Source of the DNA: Chiloscyllium plagiosum
Lineage: Eukaryota
Length of the DNA stretch: 64,000 nucleotides
Assembly: GCF_004010195.1 (NCBI RefSeq)
Contig: NC_057733.1
Coordinates: 22,460,163 to 22,524,162, forward strand
Direction: 5' to 3'
The translations under genes were made by a program, and so were the position numbers. The notes beneath the pieces are model-generated. The model was given only the letters and a program-made list of their open reading frames with translations, was not told the DNA's origin and did not search any database. Shown one piece after another: positions 36,377 through 49,700 of the stretch (the stretch's first letter is position 1; every line of letters begins with the position of its first letter).

Positions 36377-38722
36377 GTTAGTCAGTTTGTCTTGTAGTCT
36401 GTTAGAACGTATACTATATATTATATATTTTTGCTCAATCTTAAAATTTTACTATTTTACAAACTGGAGATTATCTTTTGCAGCATTGAGAATTATTATT
36501 TTGTTTGACATTAATCCTTAATCTTTGTTTGTGACCATGATGCATTAGCCTTCTTGATGCCCTCCAATGTCTTCACAAGGTCAACTATCTACAAAATGGC
36601 TCCCTATGGGACTACTTTGCCTTGATTAACTTTCATTTAACTGATCATTGAGAGAATCTCTCGCAATATCGTCTTTTCTTGATCACACATCTTTTCCACT
36701 GGAAGCAAACTCTCACCAAATGCCTTTATGCTTGATAAATGAATCTTGTTTAAGCAATGTTTTGATTTTAAAATTCTCATCTTTCATTTTGAATGCCTTC
36801 ATTGAAGACCCTCCCTATCCTTTAAACTCCTACAACCTTCTGAGATCTCAGCACTCCACCAATTTTAGCCCATTTCAAATTCTTAGTTTTAATTAGCAAC
36901 CCCGCCTTCAGCCGCCTGGATTCTAAGCCCTGGAATTCCCTTCCAAAAATATCTCCACTTTTGTACCCATCTTTACTCATTAAATCCTATTTCTTTAACC
37001 AAGATTTTGGTCAGCTGCCTATTATCTCGTTATGTATGTCTCCATGTCAACCTTTCTTTGCTGGCACTCCTGTGAAACACCTGGAACATTTACTACATGA
37101 AAGATTTTACATGAATATAAATTTCTGTTGAGCTCTCCCAAGGATCTCCTCTTCATCCTCATTTATATCTCAACTCTTGGACAACATGTTTTCTCTGTGC
37201 ATGCTTGCCTGAGATGCCAGACAAGTAATAAACTCAGCAGGGATTTCTGAAACAGTCAATTGATGATTTTGCTTGATTTCAATCTTTAAGAGATTATAAT
37301 AATTTATTCTTTGATGTCTCCCTTGTCAATGCTTCAGTGTTCATTTGGACAAAATGAAGATTATAAAGTGTGTGAAGTCTCTATTATTGATACTTTAATT
37401 GTTCATATGATTTTATAGGGTTGTAGGAATAGCAGTTTTTTTCCAAGAATATTTCTGGTTTATTTTCTCAGCAGATTGACACTTTTGCCATTATTATTGT
37501 ATGATTAACTGGCTATATAGATAGTTCTTGTGGGTGAATGGACAGGGAAGAGGCATGGTGTTGGTACGGAAAATATGATAGGCTTGTGGGAAGGACATGA
37601 GTTGGTATCAGGTCATCATCGAATTTACAAGGTGCCATATGGGGGCATGGGCTGTCACAAAGACTATGAGGGAGTAGGAGGGGAAAGATGGCTTGTGGTG
37701 GTGGGAGTGGGGTGGTGCAGATGTATAAGATCTTTGAATGAAAATCCTTCAAATCCAGTCAACTGTTAAGGATTCCTGTGGGGATATCATGGGGAAGCTG
37801 GTCCACTGCCACAAATTGTGTGGGACAGGGAGATGTCTGAAATGGAATTAGCCAGGTCAGAGTGCAGATTCATTTCCTGCACTCTTAACCTATGCCAATG
37901 AAAACTGCTAGTTCAAGGAATGAGATTGGAAGTCTTGGAATCGGGTTCCTCTCACTATTTTTAAACAGTTCCAAAGTTGTCTTAACTCTGAATGTTCAAC
38001 TCCCAATCTTGGATGATCTGCAATTTCCTCTAATTAATCACTGGGCTATAATCTTTGGCCCACAATCAACTCCATACCAATAATTAGCATTCAATTTCTT
38101 CTTTTTCAGCTCTACCTGAAGCTGAGCCAGACTGTTCACTCTGTCTGTGAGCTTCCAGTCCTACAGCTCACAAAGACTGTCTACTTCCACTTCACAATGC
38201 AACTTACTATTGGCCCAATCTTAGTCCATCTGCTGCTGCATATCTAACCAATGTCTTTTTAATCTTTAGAATTGACCACTACTGGCATCTTGTGGTCCAT
38301 AAATTTCACTCATCCTACCTCTGCTGCCTGCATCTTAACTTGTACCAAGGCCTGTTCACCCATCATACCTGTGCTCACTGTCCTACATTGGCTCCTCACC
38401 CCTCATTACCTCCATTACAATGTTTGTATCTGACTCTGACTCTGGCGTCTTGCACATTGCCCATTTACTTCTCTCCAATTTGGCAGCTGAGAGTTCAATG
38501 CCTTCCACTGCCAAGGTGAAGTGTACAGCTGTCAACTCCTTTTCTCTATCTGTTTACACCTGTAGAATGTCCAGGGGAGGATACACTGACTAATCTGCAT
38601 TCAGAACATCAGAAAGAAGGATAATTGTAGGCGGAACAAAATAAAGAAGGTAATAAGCCATAAATAACTCAAGGTGAAGTTAATAAGTCTTCTATGTGTT
38701 CCTCTTATGTTAAATTGTATAG

Positions 38723-38806
38723 AACAAGATCGGGATCTCCCCACAGTGACTCCTTTGCCTCATGTTCCCCCGCTTCATCTGGAAACCAGAGAGGATTTCT
38801 TACCCT
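38723..38806 (+). CDS. TRIM penultimate exon (…HLETREDFLP-Y)
   Basis: TREDFL-x-Y motif typical just before PRY, gtgagt donor, phase 1-1. An in-frame alternative acceptor would start the exon at 38747. Confidence 0.8.
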
Positions 38807-41159
38807 GTGAGTGTTTTCCATGAATTTATCAGAGTTATTACTAAGACTATCATGGAAATTAACAAACAGGTAACATTGCAATGCAATCCCTACACTCAAG
38901 TAAGGTTCCAATCTAACTATCTTGTGTTTATTAAACCTCTGTGTGTACCATTTTCATTGTCCTTTTAAAAAAAAAAGCATTAAGGATATTGTATTTCCAT
39001 TGTCACAAACACAGTGAACAACAGGTCAATTCACACCGCTGTGCCACGCTGCACAAAACCAAACCAGTCACAGAGAATGCAACAGGTCACAATATCATTT
39101 AGATAGTGTTCAATTTGTGTTGCCATCAGACAGTAACAGACTGTGATGTTTTATTCAGGTTCTCACCATTACAGGTTCTATTAGTAGTTTTTATATATCA
39201 GTAACTTGTGGAGGAGATTCAGTGCTCCTGGGATATCAGAACAGGTGGAGACCTTGCATTTTCTCCAGCTTATTTCACCATGCAGTGATAATGGCAGATC
39301 CATATCCAAAATTCATATCTCCTTTGCCTCCATACTCTTGGGTGGCAAAACTCTATTAGTCTTATATTTTCAATTATTGAGTCAGCATCCATTCCTTTAT
39401 GTGGAGGAGTTCCATTTACACCAACTTTTTGCATAAACATGTACTCCCTAACATCTCCTGAATGGAGTGATCTGACTCTGAGTAGAGGGTTCTGTCCCTA
39501 GTCTTTGACTCTGCCACTCTGAGTGATAAAAATTTCTATCAATATGATCACTAACTTTTACAATCCTGATACCTCAATCACCTTCTAGTCTTCTAATATT
39601 GTATTGTCTCAAAATAATTTAATCCTTGGAATTCTTCTAACATTCTGGTGAATCTGCAATGTTCCTTTCAAGGACAATACATCTTTTCTAAGGCAGAGAT
39701 TTTCCTCAAATCAACCAATCTGGGTGGACTCACTGTCTAGTTAATTATGGAAGGCAAGCTCTCTAAATTGAAGAACCAGTGAGAGGCTCTCGAACATTGA
39801 ATGAGCTTTCCAAGTTAACTGTGAGGGGGTGTCTCAAGATGGAAAGATCTCCAACATTTTGAAATTCCAAATAAAAGGTCCTCAGAGACCAGGCAGTGAG
39901 AGAGATAAGGCTGTTAGATGCTGTAGGTTAAACTAATTTGGGAGGCAACTGCCTAGAGTACAGCCCTCCTTAACCCATCTCAATCTTGGTGTACTGCTGG
40001 GAGTCCAACTTCAGTCAGTCTCCAACATGATCAGTCCTTATAAAAGCCTATTTAGTCACGCCGACGTGATAGCCTGGTTTTCAGTAACCACCCACCACCA
40101 CCCTACCTCTAAAAAAGTGGCTTGGCAACCTGATGAAGTTAAGGAACTAACATGCAAGCTGGTGTCATGAATGTGCTTGGTTGGCTACCTCCAAGCTTAT
40201 TCCACTAGGGGGGAGATTTGATCCCTAGATGTTACATGTATGGCTCACATGCATGCTGCAGTCCATCTCAGCCAACAGAACTCAACATATTCCTTTTTCT
40301 GTTTCTGGATATGACCTCACTTAATTTATGCTTTTCATATGTCTTTGCATCCAAACCTTTTACCAGTAGATACCAGCCCCTGTAATATAAATCCCAGGAC
40401 TGCTAAATACTATGGTCCCAGAACTGTACATAAAGCATCAATCAAAAAAATATTGAATTTTAAACAAGTGCTAACCCATTGGCAACCATGAAACCATTAT
40501 CGATTGTTGTAAAAACCTGTCTGGTTCACAAACATCTTTCAGGTAAGAAGATCTGCCATCCTTAGGTGGTCTGGCCTACACATGATACCAGACCCACAAT
40601 AATATGTGTGACTCTTCACTGCCCTTTTGGAAATTTAGGGATGAGAAATAAATACTAGCCCAGAGTGCAAAGTAACAATTAAAAAAAAAAGTTTGGATTA
40701 GAAAGTAATATAAAGAGACCAGCTGACATGGTAATAAAATGTATCTAATTGTAATATCATCTCTGGGATTGTTATAGTGACCTTTACCCAGACACTTTGT
40801 TAGCCTTTTTCATAGAATCATAACCAGAAAATGGGGTTAATTGACTCATTCTGCCTGTGTTGGCCCTCTGAAAGACCTGTCAAGTAAATCACACACTCAT
40901 ACCTACTCTTTCTCCATTGTTGTATATATTTTTCTTTTCAAGTATTTGCCCAATTTTTTATTGCAAGTTGTTATTGCATCTGCATCAGCTGCTTTTTCAG
41001 ATACCATATTCCAGTTTGTATGTTTTTTAAAGAGAATGTTTGTTTAAAGGTAAAACTAATCTATAACAAAACGCAGGCAGCTTGTTCATGTAAAGTTGAT
41101 TTTTAAAAAAAAACTATTTCTCTGCAAATGTTTGTGCCTCTCTCTCTTTCTCAATGCAG

Positions 41160-41722
41160 ATGCTGTGAATCTGACTTTTGATCCCAACACAGTGAATAAT
41201 TATCTCCGTTTATCAGCTGGAAATCAGACGGTGACAGAATGTTATCCAGAGTCACAGGCCTACCCCAATCACCCTGAGCGCTTTGACAGCTTGTGGCAGG
41301 TGTTGTGCAGTGAGAGTCTGGCCTGTGGTAAATATTACTGGGAGGTGCAGGGTCAGACTTACACACACAACTTTCTGGCCAAAGTGGGGGTCGTGTATGG
41401 GAGGATGAAGAGAAAAGGGGCAGAGCGGTCCTGTTGTATTGGTGAAAATGCTATGTCCTGGTGCTTGAATGTTTACCCAGATGGAGGAACCTGGCTCCGC
41501 TTTTCCACAAGACACAGAAATAAAGGTATTATCCTTCCAGCAACGAGGTGTGAGCGGATTGGGGTTTACCTGGATACTGAAGCAGGCACCCTCTCGTTCT
41601 ATGCGTTCAGTGACAGAATAATCCTTCTGTATAGATTCCAAGCTGTGTTCACTGAACCCCTGTATCCAGCCTTTGGCCTTTACTCCAATTCCTCCATCAC
41701 TATTCAGCAGTTTGATCACTAG
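41160..41722 (+). CDS. TRIM last exon, PRY-SPRY (B30.2) domain
   Basis: LTFDPNT, YPNHPERFD..QVLC, YYWEV, RIGVYLD.EAGTLSFY and FTEPLYPAFGL motifs, with a pyrimidine tract/cag acceptor. Confidence 0.95.
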
Positions 41723-43445
41723 TTATTGTTTCCAGCATCCCTGTTCTGACCTTGCACCTTATTACCAAGCACTGTCTAAAATTCCTTTCAAAATGTTTCC
41801 TCAGAGATTAATCTGAGCAATTCCTATGAGGTGGGACCAAAACTGTCAGCAGAGTGAATCCTTCATAGAAAAGAGAGTTACAGAGACAGGACAGAAGATG
41901 TGAAAAGGAGATTGAAGAGGGAGAAAGTGAATTAAAGTGAAACAGAATTAGTGAGCAGACAATGACTGCTGCATTACATCAATGAGTAAATCCTCTGCCC
42001 AGTGAGACTGAATTTGAGAGTCAACTCCTCGTGCTAAGTTTATTGATTGTACCTGGTGTAACATTATTCTTCGTTCCTGGATTTGAGTTTACTGGCAAGG
42101 CTAGATTTGTTGCCTTGAGAATGAACACGGTGAGTCACATTCTTGAATGCTGCAGTCCATATTGAAAAGATATACCCTTGCTGTTAGAAAGGGAGTTCCA
42201 GAATTTTGATTTCAGTTAATGAAAAACACAGCAATGTTATTGCTCCAACAGAGGACAGTGTGCATCTTGGATGAGAACTCGCAAGTGGTGGTGTTCATCT
42301 AGGTGGCAGATGTTGTTGGAAGATGTTATAGGATACTCTTTGAGTTCCTATAATGTATTTTGCAAATGGTACATACTGCTTCTTTTGTGCATCAGATGGA
42401 GAGAATGTATGTTTAAGATCGTGGATGGGGTACTGATCAAGGAGGCTGTTTGTCCAGGTGATGTTGAGTTTCTTGAATGTTGTTGGAACTGCATTCAACC
42501 TATCAAGTGAAGAGTATTCTATCATACACCTGCTATATGTCATGTAAATGATAAAAGGCTTTGTGGAAACAATGCAAATTATATGCTACAGAGTTCCCAG
42601 CTTTTGACCTACTCTTGAAGCCATAGTATTTATATGGCTGGTCCAGTTATGTTTCTGGTCAATGGCACCCCCTAGGATATTGATAATGATTGACTCAGTG
42701 ACAGTCATATTATTGTATGTCAAGTAGAGATGGTTAGATTCTCACTTGTAGGAGTTACAAACATATCAACATATGAATTAAGGTCAGGAGTATGTCATTC
42801 AATTTCCTTCATGCATTCTCTGCCTGTCAGTAGATTACAGCTGATCTGACTGTAAAATCAAATCAAAGGAGACCTGATTGAAACATACAAGATTCTTGGG
42901 CATACAGACACAGAGAATCTTGGAGAAACTCAGGTCTGGCAGCATCTGTGGAGAGAGAAACAGAGTTAATGTTTCAAGTTCACGATGACTCTTCTTTAGA
43001 AAAAGATTTTTTGGTGGTTTGGCATAGTGAATATGGAGAGGTTGTTTCTCCTTATGGAAGAATCTAAGACCAGAGGGCATAATCAGAGTAAGGAGAATAT
43101 TATCTTTCAGTAGGTAGAGAATCTTTGGAATTTTTTACCATAAAACCTGTCAAGGTTTTGTTGTTAAGTGTATTCAAGAGACAGAGTTCTAATTGGTCAG
43201 AGAATCAAAGGATTCCTTGAGAGACAAGGGAGGAAAGCGGATTTGAGTTCTAGTAGTCAGCTATGATCTCAGTGAATGGCAAAGCAGACTTGATCGGCCA
43301 AATGGACTACTTTCACTCCTATATCTTATGGTCTTATAGTCTAAATCCACATTCCTACCTAAACTTAATAACATTTCACCTCCTTGCTTAACAAGTTTAT
43401 AAATCATACAACACCAGGTTATAGACCTGCAGGTTTAATTGGAAG

Positions 43446-43480
43446 CACTAGCTTTCGGAGCGCCACTCCCTCATCAGGTG
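43446..43480 (-). ncRNA. Minimal hammerhead ribozyme motif
   Basis: Reverse complement reads cac CUGAUGA G GGAGU ggc GCUCC GAAAG CUA/gug, core intact. Confidence 0.72.
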
Positions 43481-44252
43481 GTTGTGGAGTATAAGATCGT
43501 AAGATACAGAATTTATAGCAAAAGTTTACAGTGTGTTGTAACTGAAATTATACATTGAAAAAAACCTTGATTGTTTGTTAAGTCTCTCATCTGTTAGAAT
43601 GACCATGAAAGTTTCACTTCTTTCATATGTAAAATCACAAAACTTGTTTTAAAAAGTTGCATTCTCAGGTTAACTGTAACAATTGGTGTCAGCGTAGATA
43701 AGATGTTGAGGTGTTGAAGGTGTTAGCCCCCTGTGTTCCCTGTCTGTGCCATAATGTTTAGACTAATTCTAATCTAAAAAAGTGAGTTAACAGAATCTTT
43801 CATAGATTCATGCAGTTTTGAGCAAAGTACAAAGTAACTCTGCAAGTACAAATTCACCCCACAGACGTGTGTGTCTATGTCTGTCTGTCTGTCTGTCTGC
43901 TCGGCCACTTTTCGCTGCTGCCTGTCCCAAAGTCTGCCTTGGTGGATGGTCACCCGTAGGTCCGAGGTCCAATGTCCTGGACCACTGAAATGTTCTCCAA
44001 TTGGAAGGGAACACTCCTGTCTGTTGACTGTTGTGCGGTGCCCGTTGTCGTAGCCTTTCACCAATGTACCATGCCTCAGTGCATCCTTGCCTATCTCGGA
44101 CTTTTGGGTGACCATCCTCCAAGGCAGACTTTGGGACAGGCAGCAGCGAAAAGTGGCCGAGCAGAGGCTGATAGCTAAGTTCAGTACCCACAGGGAGGGC
44201 CTCAACCGGGATCTTGGGTTCATGTCACAGTACAGGTGACCACCATTGCACT

Positions 44253-44375
44253 ATACACACACACAGACACTCCTGCGCGCTCGCACACACGCGCACACAC
44301 ACACAACCTCTCATAGACTTAGACCACTTTACACACACACACACACACACACACTCTCTCACAGACACTCACAAA
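44253..44375. repeat. (CA)n-rich tract inside the Penelope element
   Basis: Direct reading. Confidence 0.85.
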
Positions 44376-44891
44376 CCCCCACCCCAGACACAGACAAAAA
44401 CCTATATGCATACATTTGTGGGGTGAATTTGTACTTGCAGAGTTACATTGTACTTTGCTCAAAAACTCACTTTTTAGATTAGAATCAGTCTAAACATTAT
44501 GGCACAGACAGGGAACACAGGGCACTAACACCTTCAACATCTCATCTGCGTGACCCCAATTGTTACAGTTAACCTGAGAATGTAACTTTTTAAAACAAGT
44601 TTTGTGATTTTACATATGGAAGAAGTGAAACTATCATGGTCATTCAAACAGATGAGAGACTTAACAATCAAGGTATTTTTCAATGTATAATTTCAGTTAC
44701 ATCACACTGTAAACTTTTGCTATAAATGCTGTGTCTTACAACTGTGCACTCCACAACCACCTGATGAAGGAGCGACACTCCAAAAGCTAGTGCTTCCAAT
44801 TAAACCTGTTGGACTATAACCTGGTGTTGTGTGATTTGTAACTTTGTACACCCCAGTCCAACACTGGCATCTCCAAATCTTGCTTAACAAG

Positions 44892-46770
44892 AATCTACTT
44901 GCTTCTGCTTTAAAATTACTCTAGGACTCTGTTTTCACCATCTTATCAGGAAGAGCGTTTCAAAGACTTGCAGCTGTCTGAGAGAAAAAAGAAAGCTGCA
45001 TATTTGCGGTTTAAATGAGTAACCCCTGATTTTCAAAAAGTGATCCCTCGTTCTAAATGTTTTTCGTATCTAGCCTGGCCATCATGCAAATTGAAGAAAG
45101 CAATGATGTATTTGAAATATAAATGCCTGTCTTTTCCATAGCTGCATATAATGTAATGCTGCTGCTTCCATATATTCTGAACTATTTGAAACAGTCCTGA
45201 CCAAATTAAATATTAATTGATGGTGAATGATTCAATCATGTCACTTCTTACTCTTCTAATTTCCAGCAAGCACAATTCTAGTTTGTCTAACCTTTCCTCA
45301 TTAGACAACCCTCTCATTCAAGGTATTGGTCTGTAAAACTATCTATAAACTGACTCCAACACAATTACATTCTTCCCAAAATAAAGTGACCAATATTCCA
45401 GTATTCCAGATATGGTCTCACCAATGTAATGTATAACTGAAGCTAAGTTTCATACTCCGTTTCCCTTGTAACAATTCTGACATTTTATTAGCTTTCCTAA
45501 TTACTTTCTGCACCTGCATAGTAATCTTTTGGGATTATGCACTAGGACATCCAGATCTATCTGCTTATCAGAGCTCTGAAATATATACCCATTTAAATAA
45601 TACCTTCCTGTCAAAATAATATTCTTCCTGTCAAAATGAACAATTTCACATTTTTCTACATTATACTCTATTTGCCCCATCTTCGTCCACCCACTTAACC
45701 TATCTATAACTTTTGTAGTTGCCTCATTCCACTTCACAACTTATTTTCCTACCCATCTTTGTGTCATCAGCAAATTTCATAACCATACCTTCTGTTCCTT
45801 CATTGAAGTCATTTATATAAATTGTAAACAGTTGAGATCCCAGTATCAATCTGTGGCATGCTTCTTGTTACACTTTGCCATTTATATCTATTCTCTGCTT
45901 CCTATTAGTTAGGCACTATACTGCCTCTGAAACCGTGAGCTTTTATTTTCCCCAAAAACATTTTATGTGCACCTTTATCAGATGCTTTCTGGAAACATGA
46001 GTGCAGTACATATACTGGTTCCCCTTTACCTACAGCACACATTACCTCCTCAAAATACTCAAATGGATTGGTCAAACACAATTAACATTTCACAAAACTA
46101 TTGTGACGCTGCCTGATTATTTTTAACTTATCAAAGTGTCCTGCTTTAACTTTTAATAAAAACTTCTAACATTTTCCCTATGAGCGGTATTCAACTAAGG
46201 GAATATTGGCCTGAAGTTGCCTGCCTTTTTTAAATAAAGGAGTAACATTCGCCACTTTCCAATCTAATTGAATTGTCTCGAAACAAAGGAGTATTGGAAC
46301 TTGAAATAAATTACATGGAGTTAAGTCCTGCATGGCTCCCTTCCATTTTTTGATTTATCGCTGTATGTTACTTTTATCCCTTAAAGTGAAACTATGCAAA
46401 ATATCTGTTCAGTTCATCTGCAGTTTCCCTACTTTTCATTATTAAATCTCCAGTTCTATAGGACCAATGCTTATTTTGTTAACTACTTCTTCAAAGTTTA
46501 TAGAAACTTTTTATATTTCTGGCTAGGTATCTCTGATACATTAATCCATTGTAATTTTTTTTGGTCATTCTTAGCTGTCTTTTATTGTCTCTCTAATCTT
46601 CTGACCTGCCAAAGGTCTTTACACAATTATGTGCTTTTTTTCCTTTTAGTTTGATAGTTAATATTTCTAGTGAATCATGGAAGGTAGGTCCAAAGGAATT
46701 TTTCTTACCCATTGGTTTATAATCTATTGTGTATTCTGAAATAATCCCTTACATGTCTGCCACTGCATAT
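44892..46770 (-). mobile_element. Degraded CR1-type LINE
   Basis: Minus-strand FADDTK.G and YNVEKCEIVHF. Confidence 0.75.
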
Positions 46771-49700
46771 TAATCCATTGTGACAACTCACTAGGGTGGC
46801 ATGCTAGAAATCAAGCCCCATTATTCCCAAATTTATTACAAAACTTAAAGATTTTATCAAAGGTCGCAAAGATTCACCAATTTAACTATCATTCTAATAG
46901 ACCCAGATGAACAGAAAACATGATCCAGGTTTCTTTCCTTAACAATAATTATTATTTATGAATAAATAAATAGATTCTAGTTATAGGTAAACAACTACAA
47001 ATTGTTGACATATAACTCTACTGGGTAAAACTCCAACCCACTTATAAAATTGCACCTATGCACATACAATCCCCCTTACTTAAACTTTAGAAAATAGTTT
47101 CAGACCCCCGCTTCTCTCCCTCAAATTGAATGTAAAATTCCCAGGGTCGCCTACATTACAAGATCATAAATTAATTACATCTCATTGCACAATATCTGGT
47201 TGAATCTCTGGTAGATTCCAGAACATGCTACGTTAAGAAACTATCCCAAAAACATTCCATGAGTTTCTTATCTTGCCTTAATCGTTTCTTATTTCCACTC
47301 AAACTGCTTCAACAGCTTGGTTTCCTGAAATTAGTAATTATTATTCTGCTGTAGGAATACCATCATTCATAGAGTAACCCCTCCAACACATTTATCTCTC
47401 TAATCTGATTTGTCATGTGGGTCAGGTAATAATGCAGAGATTATGACCTTTGAGGTTATATTTCTTAATTTGGCACGTACCTCCTGGTATTAACTATGCC
47501 ATAGGTTCCTTCTTTGTCTTTATCATTGGTACCAATGTGGACAGTAACAACCGGATCCTCCCCCTCCCACTGAATTTGCTGTCTAGCTCTGAGCAAATGT
47601 CCTGAACCCTGGCGCTGGACAGGCAACACAGTCTTTTGGACTCAGGCTCTTTGCTGCAGAGAACAGGGTTAATCTCCCTCACTATATGTCCCCTGCTGCG
47701 GCTACATTCCTCCTTACTCCCTTACACCTCTTTAATGGCATCAAGTACACAGTGGCATGATCAGTTAGCTCATCCACCTGCGTTCCTTATCTCATCTGGA
47801 CAGAACCTCAAACTTGTCGGGCAATTGTAAATGATGAAGCTCCTTTGCTCCTGTCCTCTGGATCCCCTTATCTGCCTCACATGCAGTCAGACTCTTTTTT
47901 GTCCCTTATCATATTTGACTTAAGACTGTGCTCTGTGTCTGTTTATTACCCATCTTTTATACTTCAGGTATTTTAAACTCTGTTTCTATTTGTATTCATT
48001 TTGCAATCACAAGAAGGTTGCATGGTCAAGAATAATAATGGCTGTTTTCAGGAGTAACACTGCATGCTGAATCTATCAGTATTCTAACTGCATCTCTGGT
48101 CATTCAGAAGGAAATTTATGGACAGACTTGGTTCAGATGGTGGCTGAAGGTTTAAAAAATTAGAACTCTTACACCAACCTGCCCACGTCTGGGTTAAATG
48201 GAGGTGAGATGGAAGGAAAGGGCACCCCAGCCACTGGTGCAGACAACTGCCGAGTGTTATCATCTAACATGGTCTGAAGGAATGCCTGAGATCTAATGAA
48301 ATGAGAGAAAAACAGATGGTGGATATATTAAGGCTTAATTGGGTGCGAATTACGTGTAAAGTTATGGGAAGCCATTAAATGGGGTGTGTGAATTTTATGG
48401 AGTGTGGTTAATGCGATTAACAAAAATAAAACTCTCACTAAAAGTGTGGACTTGGACAATCTTTTATTGTTTAATTACCAGTCTGAATGAATTGACATAT
48501 GGCTATAAAACCATCAGCAAATCCAAAATAGAAATAGTGGTAGATTTGAAGGGTAATCTTTGATGACTGCACGTAACACAGGAAAGTCTGAAGGAGAAGG
48601 AAAGAAAGAGATGGGCAGACGGATGTAACCAGCCCAAACCTAAGAGGTACTCTGGCATTTTCTCCAAACCTTTGGAAATGAAGTCACAATAACTAGGTGA
48701 GGACTGAGCAAGTGCCTTGGACCCCCAAGCCTAGAGCAGATACACTATATCAATTATTGTGATCTACCTCCCACACCCAATTGAGTGCTCCAATGCCTTC
48801 AATGCCCAGGCCTTCAGTTCCCTACAGTTCTCTAATAACCCCTTCTCAACCTCCCACATAGAGGCCACCATTTGACCTAGCACTAAAGCTTTTGATTTGG
48901 ATGTTTAGGAGCTCACCAATATGCAGAGGTGGAGCCTGGAAATCATAAGCTGAGGGCCACTTGTCAAAAGCCTTCCGTTGTCCTAGAATTTGCAAGTACG
49001 AATAGCAAAGAAAGTTAGCACCACCAAACCTGGGGTGGGCAGGGCAAATGCATCAGCCTAAGGAGGGGGCAGTCTCTGAGGTGTCTGCAATATGATGAGG
49101 CCCTACAGAGGACAGCAATAGCCATACACTGCAGAGGAAATACACCTGTGGGATCCCTTATGTGTTAGCTCACTATTCCAATACATCTCTTTGTCCTAAA
49201 CATTGCTGATTATTTCACACAAGACCAACAGCTTTGACCACTGAGGCCAGTGAAGAAATTCTCTGGAGAAAAGATGGCTCACTAACTTGAGTTCCTTATA
49301 AATGCAATGTTCACTTTGCCTACAAACAGCGCAGCAGCTTCTCAAGTCAGGCCTTGCTCCATTGTGCATCATGTATGGAACAGGATGTCTCACTTCATAT
49401 TGTGACAGTTTTATTAGGAATTAGACAGGGACTCAAGCAAAAAACATGTCATAGCATATATTAACAAACATGAGGCTTTATTTACAGAGAAATGACACCT
49501 ATGCTATAGGCACGCTCTCAATAAGTTTTCTTTTTGTTTCACTTACACTAGGAGTGCAGGTCCAGGTTCTGCTGCCTGCCAAACAGTATATTCTGTTGGC
49601 CTTACAGCTTTGGACACCTCCAGTGAGCTCAAAGACCCTCATCTCCCTGTGACCTTGCTACTGGTGATGAGGATTAATGGCTAGGATGATGGAGTGCAGA

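Larger units (their letters stand above)
43396..44878. mobile_element. Penelope-like element with long inverted arms and rearranged GIY-YIG C-terminal fragments
   Basis: YIGE, NGHR and SLPIGEHFSGPGH (-), and AEQRLIAKFSTHREGLNRDLGFMS (+). About 470-bp inverted arms and a 13-bp TSD cttgcttaacaag (43383-43395/44879-44891). Confidence 0.9.

Noticed and set aside
38110-38146. Possible small TRIM exon after ctttttcag
   Set aside because: The sequence resembles the L2-like repeat also seen near 35830, and phase/stop support is poor.
41923-41943. IRF-like GAAAGTGAA/AAAGTGAAAC motifs after the TRIM stop
   Set aside because: Short purine-rich matches in a 3'UTR, expected by chance.
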